A stretch of DNA of 63,776 bases, filler included, from Folioceros fuciformis (Eukaryota), in the NCBI GenBank assembly GCA_049999805.1. It is 10 parts of 10 records of this genome, joined end to end, with 100 filler letters (N's around TTAATTAATTAA, not from the genome) between each part and the next. Parts side by side here need not be neighbours in the genome. Positions count along the whole stretch, not along the records: positions 45,394 to 49,413 come from JBNGIO010002626.1; positions 49,514 to 57,851 come from JBNGIO010002627.1; positions 57,952 to 61,406 come from JBNGIO010002631.1; 7 more parts are not named here. The stretch is one strand, 5' to 3'. The position numbers and the translations under genes are program-made. This document shows positions 46,588-59,551 of the stretch, piece after piece (the first letter of the stretch is position 1; each line of letters starts with the position of its first letter). Below the pieces are notes generated by a model. That model was not told where the DNA came from. It searched no databases and worked only from the letters and a program-made list of their open reading frames with translations.

Positions 46588-49367
46588 CCCCGCGAGTTCA
46601 CACCATCACACCCGCTCACTTCCGCTCGTTTCCCACAACTCTCGACCCACCGATGTCAAGGCTTACACACACAACAGTCACCAAGAAACCACCCCAGTTG
46701 CCGCACACACACACACTCACTTAGAACCCACGCTCACCAAATTCGCTCCACTATCACGCAACTCTTCAGTCCAAACACCACAGCCCTCCCCTCACTCACA
46801 CACTTCAGTCAAGAAACTCAGGCCGGTTCACCACCGCGACCTGCTCACATCCACACCCCAGTCCCACAACAAACTCAGGCTGGAACTCCGCTCACCTTTT
46901 CCACAGCTCGTTAGACCCACATACAATCAAACACGCCTTCAAGGCTCCAACTCACACACCCACAACGCACAACCACTCCAGCTCTTCGGTCTCTCAGGTT
47001 CTACTATACTCCAATCACCTCGCCATCGCCTACGTCCGCAACTCCGCTTTCACACACTCAGAGCTCGTAACATTAGCTACTCAGGCCCGCTCTCACATTT
47101 CACACACACATCGACCCTCTTTCTTCCTCTTGCTCACAATTCCCTCTGGTTCACTGTTCACTTACTTGACTCTCAACAACCTGAGCCTCTCGACTCTTCG
47201 TCCTCCAACTCGCCCCTCCAGGGCCTTCTCCTCTTCTCCGTATTTGGGGGAATGGTGGAATCGCCAAAGGCTAAGGGAAGGGTTTGCCACTTCCACTCCG
47301 AACTCGCGGATTTGGCCTCTTTCGCTCTCACCACCCTACGCGACAGTAACGGGGATAGCTAGGGAGCGCGGCTCCCACTCGGCGAGGCTCCTCCTCTTGA
47401 TTCATTCCCGAAACCTCCGTCATGGAGCAGCCACCACCTGCACACCACACCCTCAGAACACTACGTGCGCTCGCCTGCCTGGACCTCCCTGTCCAGCTGT
47501 GGCCATTGCTAGGCTTCCGCAAGGTTGGAATGTCGGGCTAGTTTTTGCTGAATTTTTTGAGGCACCAAACCGGCCTCTTGTACATGCTAGTGGAGGGTTC
47601 TTTCCACCATAAAGTCTGTCAGGGGTCAGTCAGCGCTCTTAATTTCTGAGTGGCTGAGGTCTAAGCAAAAGCAACCTAAAAAAAACTATCCTAGGATGCA
47701 ATTACTGTCGCCTCTCTCCTCGCCGCGGTCACCTTCCTCCTGGCCGTCGCGCTCCTCCCCTCACTAGCCCGCCTCTGGCCCTCCTACCTCGCTGTTGGTT
47801 GGGCAGATCCTCCCAGAGGAACTCCACCTCGTTGCTGCTGGTCCTGGCTGGCGGTGGCGTAGGTGGGTCCCATCGAAGGGGACTCCTCTCCTCCCTTCGT
47901 CACCGATTGCTGAGGATGAGGACGGGTTCCCACTCAACCCAGTGCTGCGCCTCCTCCTCTGTCAGCTCCTCCAGGATTGCCTCGGAATAGCAGTGAGGTA
48001 GTCCCCACACCCGCTAGCGGTAGTAGTAGGACCCCCTACGGGTCCTCAGTTGCAGGCCGTAGCCCCGCGTCCCTCCTAAGCCCATACGGACATATAAAAA
48101 CACTTTCAGAACTCGGGCTCTTTCCACATAGAGGCCTGGCACATAAGTGGCCTCCTTCTCATACTGCAGCACAACCTGACCCTCTGTTGCAAAGGAAGTG
48201 CTTACCCCTTCCTCCTTTGGGCTACCTCGGGCTCCCTGCCCTCTGCTCTCCTGGGGTACTGGAGGATCCTTTGCTCCCCCAGTTGCTGCTTCCCCTTGCT
48301 CAACCCTCCTGGCGCGAGTAGCTCTTCCAGAATGTTGGGTCGCAGGCGCCTCCACTACCACCTCTTTGGCTATCGAGGTCGTGGCTTCCGCTACCGACGT
48401 TGTCTCTCCTCTACCGGTAGCCTCTTTGACTACCTCCGTTGTCGCTTGGCTACCTCATCGGGTTTTCCCCTTCACCCGCTCTTTGGCCTCGTCCCGTTCT
48501 CGCTTGTACCTATCGGCCAGTTTCTGGGCCTGCTCCACCGAGACCGCTTCCTTCTCCTGTGCCATGGCTACCTCTTGTTGCATCTCCAAGTTAGTTCCAT
48601 GGGCTTCCCTCACCTGAGGTAGGAGCGACTCCTGCTGCTCCTTTAACGCCTGAACTTCTGCTCTCGCCTGGAGGGCCTCTTCCTCCACTTGTGCCTTGGT
48701 TGTGCTCAGGGACTGCTGCTTTTCCTCCAGGAGTCGCTGCGCCATTTCGGACTCCGCCAACTTTCTCCTGGCCTCAACCTCTTTTTCGCGGGCTTCTGCC
48801 TCCTTACCCCGGGCATTGCCGAGGTCAGTCCAAGCAAGTCCACCTCCCACGACTCCCCCACCGGGACCATTCCCCTGTTCGTGATCTGCCTCCCCAGCAA
48901 CGTTTGTAACCTCTCCAGGTCTCCTGCCTGCAGCTTGTCCACCATAGGGATCCTCCTAAAAATTTCTTCCCATCCTGGGAAGGGTTCCTGTTTCGGAGCG
49001 TGCCCTAATTTGCTCATCACCTCAGGTGGGCCCACTTCTATATTTGGCACTTACTCCTGAGGTGCCTCTGGCTCCTCCTCGGCATGTCCCTGCTCTGTTG
49101 GCTCCTAAACAATCTCCTGCTCCTGTTCAATCTGTTCCGGGGCTGCTTCCTCTGGCGCTAACCCGCTTCCCCTCCTGGTGACCTACCCACCAATTTGCCT
49201 CCTTTTGGTAGGAGTCCTCTTCCCTGTCCCCGCCTTCCTCTTTTGCTTGGTGGAGTTTCCTCCTCTGAGCTGTCCTCGCCTCCCGATTCCCAGCTGTTGG
49301 AGTCGGCTTCCTTTGGCTTTGCGGGCTTCCACTTAACCTCCCTTAGTGGCTTTGTGGAGACCACATG
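46588..49367 (-). mobile_element. Family C element, partial copy
   Basis: Colinear with 49700-52010 and 60500-61400. Shared peptides include VKWKPA.P..ADS.SW.SG, WEEIFR.IP and GQVVLQYE.EA.YVPGLYVE. Confidence 0.75.
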
Positions 49368-49513
49368 GTAGATAGGTGTCTTAAAAATGGGTAGTATTTG
49401 TTTTTTTTGGAGTNNNNNNNNNNNNNNNNNNNNNNNNNNNNNNNNNNNNNNNNNNNNTTAATTAATTAANNNNNNNNNNNNNNNNNNNNNNNNNNNNNNN
49501 NNNNNNNNNNNNN

Positions 49514-52500
49514 GCGGCTTCCACCATGCAGCCATCTCGTGTTTCTGCCACCACTCTTCACCTCTCACATACACACTCCAGTCGCGTGGTCTTGTCATGA
49601 CGACCGTTCAACATCTCGCACTCACACTCGCTGCCTCTCTTGATCTCTCTTCATCGCTTGTTCACATTTTCTCGACTCCATACTTAGTCCTGCCTTTCCG
49701 ACCTTCTCCTATGGAATTAAGGAATGTTGAAACACCAGGGCCAAGGGAAGGGATACCCACTTCCACTCCGAACTCGCGGATTCGGCCCCGACGTCCTCAC
49801 CACTCCACGTGATCGCCCCTAGGATAGCTGGGGAGCTCGTCTCCCACTCGGCGAGGTTCCACCTCCCGATTCGTTCCTTGGCTCAATCGCGGAGCGTCCA
49901 CCACCTGCACCCACACCCCCAGGTTGCTACGTGCACGCGCTTGCTTGGACCTCCTGTCCGGCAACGGCCATCGCTAGACTCCTGCAAGGTTGGGTGGTTG
50001 GGCTGATTTTTGCTAATTTCCCAGGCCTCAAACTGGCCTCTTATACACGGTGGTGGCGGTCTTTCCGCTATAAAGTCTGTCAAGTGTCAGTCGGCGCTCT
50101 TAAATTCCAAGCGGCTCAAGTCCAAGTAAAAGCATTCCAAAAAAAACGCTATCCTAGCCTGCAATTACTATCTCCACTCTCCACGCCGCTAGCGCGCGTC
50201 TCCTCTCACTGGTCCCCCTCTTGCTCTTCTACCCCTCCGCTGATCGAGCAGATCTTCCCACAGGATCTCTAAGTCACTACTACTGCTGGACCTTTCTGGC
50301 GGCGGCACAGGTGTGCCCCGCCGCTGAGAACCACTGTTCCTCCTCCTCCTCTGGTTATTGAGGATGGCAACAGGCTCCCGTTCTACCCATGGTTGGGCCT
50401 CTTCTTCCATCAACTCCTCCAGAACTGCCTCTGCGTAGCAATGGGGCAGGCCTGTCATCCACCAACTGTAGCGGTAGAGTCCCTTGCGGGTCCTCAGATG
50501 CAAGCCGTAGCTCCGCGTCCCTCCTGTGCCCATACGTACACTCAGAAACAGTTTAAGAACTCTGGCCCCTTCCACATAAAGACCTGGCACATAGGAAGCC
50601 TCCTCCTCATACTGCAGAACAACGGGACCTTCTGTCATAAAGGAGGTGCTTACCCCTTTCTCCCTTGGGCTACCGTGGGCTGTTTATCCCCCATCTTTGT
50701 GGGGTACCTGAAGGTCCTTCAACCGTCTAGCTGTTGCTTCCTCCGGCTCTGTCCTTCTGGTGCGGATCAATCTCCTGGAGTGCCTAAGCTCAGGCGCCTT
50801 CGCTGTTTCTTCCTTGGTTCCCAGGGCTGGTCCCTCGATTACTCTGGGCTCAGTCGGGCTACCGGTAGCCCTGGCGACTACTCGGCTACTGGTAGTCCAC
50901 TCGATTACCGGTTCCCCTACTCGACTACCGGTAGCCTCTTCAGCTACCGGGGTCGCCGTTTAACTTGGGCGCCCAACCTTACCCTTCCCCTTCACTCTCT
51001 CTCTGGCTTCGTCTCTCTCCCGCTTGTACCTGTCAGCCAGCTTCTAGGCCTGTTCCACAGCTACTATCTCCAGCTCTTGCGCCTTGGCCATCTCTTGCTG
51101 TATCTCCAGGTTAGTCTCATGGGCCTCCCTCACCTGAGCTAGTAGGATCCCCTGTTGCTCCCTTAGCGCTTGGACCTTGGCCTTCGCCTGGCATGCCTCT
51201 TCCTCAGCCCGTGCCCTCTCTTTATCCAGGACTCGTTGTCTCTCCTCCAGCTGTTGCTGCGCCGCCTCCGATTCTGCCAGTAGCCTCCGGGCTTCAGCCT
51301 CCTGCTAGCATGCCTCTACTTCCTTCCCTCGGGCCTCGGCTTCCTGTTTCGCCTGCACACTCAGCCAGGTCAGTGCCCTAGCAGCCTGGTCCAGGAGATC
51401 TGCTTGGGCCTGTACCATCGCGGCAGTCAGCCCTGGCAGATCCACCTCCTGCGTTTTTCCAACAATCATTCCTCGCCATAATCTGCTTGCCCAGAAACTC
51501 CCTCAGCTTCTCCAGGTCTCCCACCTGCAGCCTATCCTTCTAAGGAATGCTCCTGAAGATTTCCTCCCATCCTAAAAAAGCTCCTTGCGCCGAAACGTGC
51601 CCTAATTCGCTCTCATGCATGGGAGGAATTAACTCGGCGACTAACGTCTGCTCTTGAGACCCCTCTTGCCCTACTTCATCCTGCCCCTGCTCTTCCAGTC
51701 CTTGATCCATAACCCCCTGATTAGCGAGCTCCTGTTCTACCTCCTGTTCTTGTAAAGCCTGCTCCTCTGTCTGACCTTCGGTTCGCTCCAGGGCTGTCTC
51801 CGGTGTCTGCGGCCTACTCCCTCCTCTCGTGCTCTGCCCGCTGACCCATCTCTTGGCAAGGGTGTTCCCCTGAGCTGCTGTCCTCTTCTTAGGCCTGACG
51901 GGAACCTCCCCCTCTGAGCTGTCCCCACTCCCCGACACCCAACTGCTAGAGTCAGCCTTCACTGGCTCAGCAGGCTTCCATTTTACATCCCTGATTGGCC
52001 TCCACATGTGCAGTGAAGCCAACACCTCCAGTTCCAACACCAAGTTAGCATAACTATAAATATGCACTAGAAACGGGGAAATCATCGAGGGCTGAGGAGA
52101 TGGCAACTTCTGCCTCTCCTCATCCATCCTGGCATACAGAATTTTTCCCCAATCAATCATGGTCCCCTTCACTACCTCATGCACAAACAAGAGCCTCTAG
52201 TCAGACAGATGTTTGTGAACCTGGAGAAAACTAAGAAACCACCTGGCCAGACCCATCAGCTGCGGGCTCGCCATGTCGCGAACCAACCATCTGTTAGCCT
52301 CCTTCTTCGTGCCTGGTTTGAGCAGTCCTTCAGCGTCTCCTGTACCCCCCCGTTTCCTCAGGGACTCCAGCACCAATCCTCCCTCTTCTCGCTAGTCACG
52401 GCCATACACCCTCCTCACTAGCTCCAAGTTCCACCCCTGCGGTCTGCCTCTGATCCCCTTCTCACGGACAGGTTCCCTCAACCTTTGGGTGCACTCCCTG

Positions 52501-53202
52501 ACCAACTGTGGCGCTGCGTTGTTCCACCTCTGGGTGATGAAACCCAGACCCAATTCATCCACCAGCCCTCCTGCTCTGACCCTCCAATGCTACATGTTGG
52601 GCCACAAGAGTAGGTCGATCCGGGGAACAAGAGGTTCCCCCTCCTGCTCGGGTACTCCAGGCAGCAGTTCAAGGCATGACCTCATCCTACCAATCTCCTC
52701 CTCGTGCTCCGGCTTCTGCAGTCCCTCCTCTCTCTCGTTGAGCACTCGCTGCTTGCCTCGGCCCGTCCTGTTGGGTCCTGTTCTGCTTCCCTTCCAGCCG
52801 CCTTTACGCTCCCGGGAACCTGCCCTTCACGTTTCGAAGACTAACTTAATTCCCCTCCATACGTCCCTTTAGGGTTTTTATACTGGCCGTTTTCTTCTCT
52901 CACTATTGCCAGTTAGACTACCACCAATCGTCCTTTTTGCGACGGTTGCCCCACTGGCCACCGTCACCCAGTCACCTCAACCCATCCTTTTTCCTAAATC
53001 CACAACTAGCTAGCCCCCTTCCCTACTCATTTCTATTCCTTATTTCCAAAAGGGGGGGGTATATATAACCTCCTAAATGCCCCCGAACCACCAAGGCCCA
53101 AGGACACCCTCACTCACTCACTTCTAGATCGTGGTCTTCGGTATCCCAAACACCCAAAGACCAAGGCCATTTTTGGGTATGAATACCCCCATCTTATTCA
53201 CA
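49514..53202 (-). mobile_element. Family C element with a disrupted ORF (~52832-50150; unnamed domain plus coiled-coil-like region)
   Basis: On the minus strand it starts TGTGAATAAG at 53202, with TATAAAA at ~52882. Motifs IRGRPQGWNLELVRRVYG, NRWLVRDM, KGTMIDWGKILY and SPFLVHIY. Confidence 0.75.
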
Positions 53203-56200
53203 TACTAAGCCGATTTGCTCGTTCCTTCACACAAAAAATCGCAGCCTGCTCATTCTGTCACTCAAAATGGGAGTGTCAAAAGTTTTTTTCCTCTACATAC
53301 TCCCCTTCTCACTTGTTGGCGTCCTCGCCAACCTACACATAATACTTTTTCACCCGCCAACCATTCACCCTGGTTGGCAACAACTGTCCGTCCATCGTCG
53401 AAAGTTTTTTTCCTCTACAACCTTGATCCCCAAATCTCCCACTAAACGAGCAAGCCACATGGCTTTCTTGCATGCCTCAATTGCTGCAACATACTCAGCC
53501 TTTGTGGTACATAGCGTTATGCATGATTGCAAACGAGATCGCCATGAGACTGCCCCTCCTATGCACATGAAGACATAACCTTATGTGGACCTCCTTTTGT
53601 CCATATCTCCTGCATAATTAGCATCCGTATATCCCACAACAGATGCATCTTCACTACCAAAACATAAGCACAAAGCTTTTGTACCATTTAAGTACCTTAT
53701 AACTCCTTTTACTGCCTCCCAATGCTTCCTGCCAGGGTTTGACATAAACCTGCTAACCACTCCCACTTCAAAAGCAATGTCAAGACGTGTAGCAATCATG
53801 GCATACATCAAACTCCGTACAGCTGATGAGTATAGAATTTTCTTCATTTCAGCTTTGTCCTCCGCAAAGCTTGGGCAATCCTTGCTCGATGGTTTCACAT
53901 ATGGAGGCAACAAAGTACTCAATACCTTCCCCTTCTCCATATTGAAACGGTGAAGCACCTTGTTAATGTATTCAGTCTGAGACAAGTAAAGCAAATGCTT
54001 TTGTCTGTCTCAACGAATATGCATGCCAAGAATATGGCTGGCCTCTCCCAAGTTTGTCATGTCAAAACGACCATTCAACTTTGACTTCAACGCTGAAATC
54101 TCATCACTGTTAGTCCCAGCAATTAGCATATCATTCACATAGAGGACCAAAATGAGCAAGCTTCCATCCTTAGCTTGCTTTGTATAGAGGCAATGATCCT
54201 CATCGCTTTGTTTGTAGCCTTGAGAAAGCATAAATGAGTGGAACTTGAAATACCACTCCCTGGGTGCCTGCTTCAAACCATAAAGGCTTTTCTTTAACCA
54301 GATTCTCTTTGCCCTTCTCAATGAAACCCTCTGGTTGCTTCATGTATACCTCTTCCTGGAGATCACCATGCAAAATGCCGACTTCACATCCATGCGGACA
54401 AGTTTCATGTCGTGCCTCGCAACCAGACCAAGAACACATCGCAAGGTGGTCATTTTAACAACTGGCGAGAAAATCTCTTCAAAGTCCATACCTTGCTGTT
54501 GCTTAAAACCCTTAGCAACCAATCGTGCCTTATACTTGGGTTTGCCATAATGGGGTATGTCCTTCATCTTAGGCCCCTAGGCAACCGAACCAACTCCCAA
54601 GTTTGGTACTTATGGAGCGAATCCATGTGCGACTGCATCGCCTTTTCCCACTTGTCCTTGTCAGTCACTGACATGGCCTCTTGATAACAACAGGGCTCCC
54701 CACAATCCGTCAGCATGACATAATCAAGAGATGCAACATACCTGTCAGGAGGACATGAGATCCTTCCTGACCTACAAAGTACTGGCGCCTTGACCGGAGC
54801 TGGTTGCACTCTCTTCTCTTCTACAAGTGGAGGAACTTGTTCTTGCACATCACGAAGTTCAACCTGCGAAGGACGGTCAAGTCCATCTTCTTGAAAGACG
54901 ACCCGTCACACCTCCACAGTTGGAGTAGGCTTCTTGTGCATCTTGGTCTCATTGTAGAACACGCAATTGCTGCGAACCATCCTCTTGGCCTCTGGATCCC
55001 ATAGACGGTATCCCATCTCACCAGATTCACCATAGCCAAGAAAAATGCATTTCTTGGACTTGGGTGCCAACTTGTCCCGAAACTCCTTTGGGACATGGTA
55101 GTATGCCTCGCAGCCAAACACTCGTAGATGCTTGTATGACATGACGGCTTCTTTCTAGACCACATCTCCTCTGGAACCTGCTCATTCACAGCCCTATTAG
55201 AAGATCTGTTAATAAGATGCACCGCAGTAACCACTACTTCTACCCAAAATCCGTTAGGCAATCTAGAGTTTGACAACAAACTATGCATCCTCTCCTGGAT
55301 GGTCCTGTTCATCCGTTCGGCCACACCATTCTAGGGAGGAGTGTACGGCGCAGTCAATTCTCTCTTGATTCCCTTGGAATCACAGAATGACTGGAAAGCC
55401 TTCGAGACATACTCTTCCCCATTGTCTGTCCTCAGACACTTCAGTCGGAGGCCAAACTGATTCTCCACAAGGATGACGAATTTTTGAAACACTGTCAAAA
55501 CATCATCCTTTTTCCTCAAAGGATAAACCCACACCTTGCGTGAGAAGTCATGAATGAAAGTGACAAAATAAGATGCACCGCCTAACGATATAGTGGGCAT
55601 AGGTCCACAAACATCACTGTGAACCAACTCAAGAGGTTTAGTTTTGTGTTTACCTCTTGCTCCATGTGGTGACTTCATTTATTTCCCATACAAACAGTGC
55701 TCACACACGGAGAAATCGGAAAAGTAAAAAACAGGGACGTAACCAAAACGAGGTAAGATCTTCATTCCTTTTTGAGACATATGTCCTAACTAACTATGCA
55801 ACAAGGAAACACTTGGCTGTTCTGTTACACAAATCACATGATTCTTGATAGTTGTTACCTGAAGTGAGTACAAACTGCCACACTTCGATCCATGAGCTAA
55901 CACAAGAGAACCTTTGGAGATCTTCCAAGAATGATCTCCAAACCAACAATGGTAGCCAGGGTCATCCAACTGCCCTACGCTAATCATGCTTTTGGCCAAC
56001 TTCGGAACATGCCTAACATCCTTCAATACGAATGAAGATCCATTGTTGAACTTCAGCTGCACATCACCAACGCCTGCAATCTTGCATTCGTAGTTATTTC
56101 CAAGCCGAACACATCCTTTCCTAGTAGCATCATAAGTGCTAAACCACTCCCTATGCGGAATAACATGGAAAGATGCTCCAGAGTCAATTATCCAATTAGA

Positions 56201-57457
56201 GAATAAGTGACTCTCCATGGTTGTCAGTTGTGCAGAATCGAAGGAAGAAGAGATAAGAACATCTCCATCGTCAATAGAATTCACCTCGTTATGCTTGATA
56301 CTTGGACTTGCCTTGTTGTCGCTCTGCTTCTTTTCCTTTCCTTTGTCCTTCTTGAACTTCTCACAGTCCCTTCTGATGTGACCCTTCTTGTGTCAATGGT
56401 ATCTCTCAACATTGTCACGACCACGAGACTTACTACGGGAACGACTTCGCTCCTTGTACTTCCCCTTTGAGGTGGACCTTCCTCTGACCATGAGGGCATT
56501 GGAACCTTTTGAAGGTTCCATATTCTTCCTGTTCACCTCCTCTGTTAACAGGCTACCTTCTACATTTACAACGTAAGACCACTGGTAGGAGCGGAATTAC
56601 TCAGAGTTGTACAAAAGGTGTCCCAGCTCTCTGGTAATGTGACCAACAGAAACATAGCTCTCATGGAATCTGGGAACGAGATACCTTGAGATGAGAGTTG
56701 GCTAAAAATGGTATTGAACTCATTTAGATGATTGGACATCCTCGTCCCTTCCTTCATCTTCAAGTCCACCAGCTGTTTCAACCAATACACCTGAGAAGCC
56801 GCACTTTGCTTCTCGTACAGGTCACACAACTTCTGCCGTAGCTCGTAGCTTGTGGTCTTGTCTTTCACGTTGAAGTAGACCGACTTCGACAATGTTAGCA
56901 TGATGGTAGACCTAGCAAGCTCATCTAGATCCTGCCACTCATCTTGAGTCATACTAACAGGTTTCACTCCTAACAACTTTATCGGCTTGATTTGCTTCTT
57001 CTACACTAGAACATTATACACTTGTTCTTCCCAGAATGGGAAGTTAGTACCATCTAACTTCTCGATATTGAACATGATATTTTCTAAGGACGTCATGATT
57101 CAAAAACGATGCAAATCAACTAAAAGGCTAGTTAGAAAATAGTCAGAATGTAATGTGGATTCTCAAAGTTACCCTCACAACTTGTTCCAAATCGGATGTC
57201 CACAACTTGGGCCTTGGTCGCTCACAATTGGAATGTCTCCCGTCGTCCGATCGAGATCCTGACTTCCACGGTCAGGGTCAGTTCGGCGCCTGTTTGGCGC
57301 CCGGCTGGAATCTCGCCTCACTAGCGCCCCGCTGGCGAACGGCTGCAGCCCGGGTGATGCCTTGCTGGCGCCCAAGTGGCACCTCGCTAGCCCCCAAGTG
57401 GCGCCCCGAGGTGCCCCGTTGGCGCCCAAGTGGCGCCTGGCTAGCGCCTCGCTAGTG

Positions 57458-57562
57458 CGCCCTAGCCGGCGCCCTAACTGTCGCCCTAGCCGGCGCCCTA
57501 GCCGTCGCCCTAGCCAGCGGTTGTACCCTAGCCGGCGCCCTAGCTAGTGCCCTAGCCGGCGG
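57458..57562. repeat. GC-rich ~12-bp tandem repeat (cgccctagccgg) in the copia leader
   Basis: About eight imperfect units are visible. Confidence 0.75.
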
Positions 57563-57657
57563 CCGGCATCCTTGCTCCTCCTAGATGTCCATCTTCTTGC
57601 CTCGTGCCTCCGTCTTTAGCACCTACAATAGACACAACCATCTTGCTTCACACCCTA

Positions 57658-57669
57658 GCTCTGATAACA
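57658..57669 (-). promoter_or_regulatory. PBS (tRNA-iMet, one mismatch) of copia copy 2
   Basis: gctctgataaca, adjacent to the LTR that starts at 57672. Confidence 0.8.
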
Positions 57670-57951
57670 CTTGAAGGATCGCTATAGGAGCTACATGGTG
57701 AAGGAGGAGGCAAGGAAGAGAAGAGAGGTCACACTCTCACAATAGAGTCTCTGTTGGATAGATTAGGTTCGCACCTCGTAATTAGGTTTATATATATATT
57801 AGGTATAAAACATATAAATAAATATATTAATGTAGTTTTCGTTTCGAGTAANNNNNNNNNNNNNNNNNNNNNNNNNNNNNNNNNNNNNNNNNNNNTTAAT
57901 TAATTAANNNNNNNNNNNNNNNNNNNNNNNNNNNNNNNNNNNNNNNNNNNN

Positions 57952-59551
57952 TAATTATGTATAAGGCGTATACCTACCACAGGGAGAAGTTGCTCAAGTC
58001 GAACAGTAGGGAGGGGGGGAGTGCACGTCCCTGCTACCTCTCGACTTACTTGGTGCACTTATGGAAGACAGAAGGGTTGTTAACATAAGAGGAGTTGGAG
58101 GAGGTGGAACAGCCTTTTGTAGTTGTCCTGTTGTAGGGGGAGGCTTTTATTTTCGGTGGAGTGTCGACCCCTCTTACGGATGAGGAGTCCCCACTTGATT
58201 CCGAATCAGCCATGGCAGTCTATGATGAGTTTGATGAAGATGACACCCCGTTGATACGGAGTCCTAGGGAGCAGCAAAGGGACCGAAGGCTACCATCAGT
58301 CACCAACCCCGCAGCCCTAGATTCCACCCCAACTGAGATGGAGACAGTGAGGGATCCTGGACCAAGCCAGCCAATAGTTGAAGTAGGGTACTAGGGTTTA
58401 GGGTAAACCCTAAACCCGAGATGACACCAGTAGTGCAAGCACACAGTGGAGCACCAGATTTGGGGAGAAGGAGCCCAGTGAATTGGGAAGCAGCCCGAGG
58501 AGCACACGCCACAAGCCAAGGTAACGATACTTCGTTGGGAGTGTGGAGCAACATCATTCAGTGTGGCCAACAGCTACAACACATCAATTGGGGAGAGGCC
58601 CGTGCAATGATTGCAGCCCTACTACAGGAGGACATAAGTTGGGATGCAAACCAAACACGACTAGAATCCAAAGTGCAGGAATTCGAAAAGGAGCGAGAAC
58701 AGTATCTCCTGGAGGATGGTGAGCAAAGGCAAGGACTGGGGAAGTTGACGCAGCAGGTGACCATGTTGCAGACTCCCCAACAAGGTTTATCACATGAGAT
58801 CATTGCATGTTGAAGGGACCTCGTCCAGTTTGAGGAAACTAGGAAGGTGGTGGGGGAACAGCTACGAGAACAAGTCTACGTTGCAAAGGATTTACAAGGC
58901 AAGCTAGATGAGTTGGAGGCACAGAATGCTAAAGCGAACCAGGAACTCCAACAACGACTTGAAGCAGGGCAACGAGAGCGAGTGGAGAGGGAACAATTGA
59001 CCATCCAATTAGAAGACCTTTAGCAGGAGAAAGCACAACAAGAAGCTGAGCACCAGACCAAGATTCACAGGATGATGGTGGTTCGAGCTCGTAGGTTTCT
59101 TGCTGACTATGCCTACTTGACGGGGTGCATGACCAAGCTTCATGTAACTCATCAAGAAAACCTTGACCTACAGTTGAAGGTAGGGGCGATGTAGGCTGAA
59201 CGGGATATCTACAAGAGTAGATGCAAGGGTGGGGATTGGGTTGTTGACATGGATACCATAGATCTAGCTCAACAGAATCGCAACCTCCACCTACACCAAC
59301 GTCTACTCGCTCATCACAAGGAACTGGTAGCATTGGCAAGGCGAAGGTATCTTGGGCCACATGATGACGACCGTGAGGCCCTGGAGACAGTGCCCCTACC
59401 AACAGACTTTCAAGAGGACAGCAGTATGGACCTGAAGAGCTCGCAATGGGAACCTGAGGAGCTGCTATGGGCTAGGAAGAGCACGCAACAAGGGGTACCT
59501 ACTCCCGCAGGGAACCTACCTACGAGAGGAGGGGAAGGAATGGTAGGTACC
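57952..59551 (+). mobile_element. Family A element, second copy of the ORF region
   Basis: Colinear with 11492-13090 and interrupted at 59552 by family C. Confidence 0.85.

Larger units (their letters stand above)
53420..57751 (-). mobile_element. Ty1/copia LTR retrotransposon copy 2 (partial LTR, PBS, gag-pol through RT into RNase H)
   Basis: Gag ATG at 57096. WIIDSGASFH, integrase core, RT motifs YKARLVAKGF / KKSLYGLKQAPREWY / LYVNDMLI, and RNase H start GYTDANYAGD / AEYVAA. Same family as 3121-6793. Many lesions. Confidence 0.95.

Noticed and set aside
46544-47362. 272-aa His/Thr/Pro-rich ORF
   Set aside because: Arises from CA-rich non-coding family C sequence and is not preserved in the other copies.
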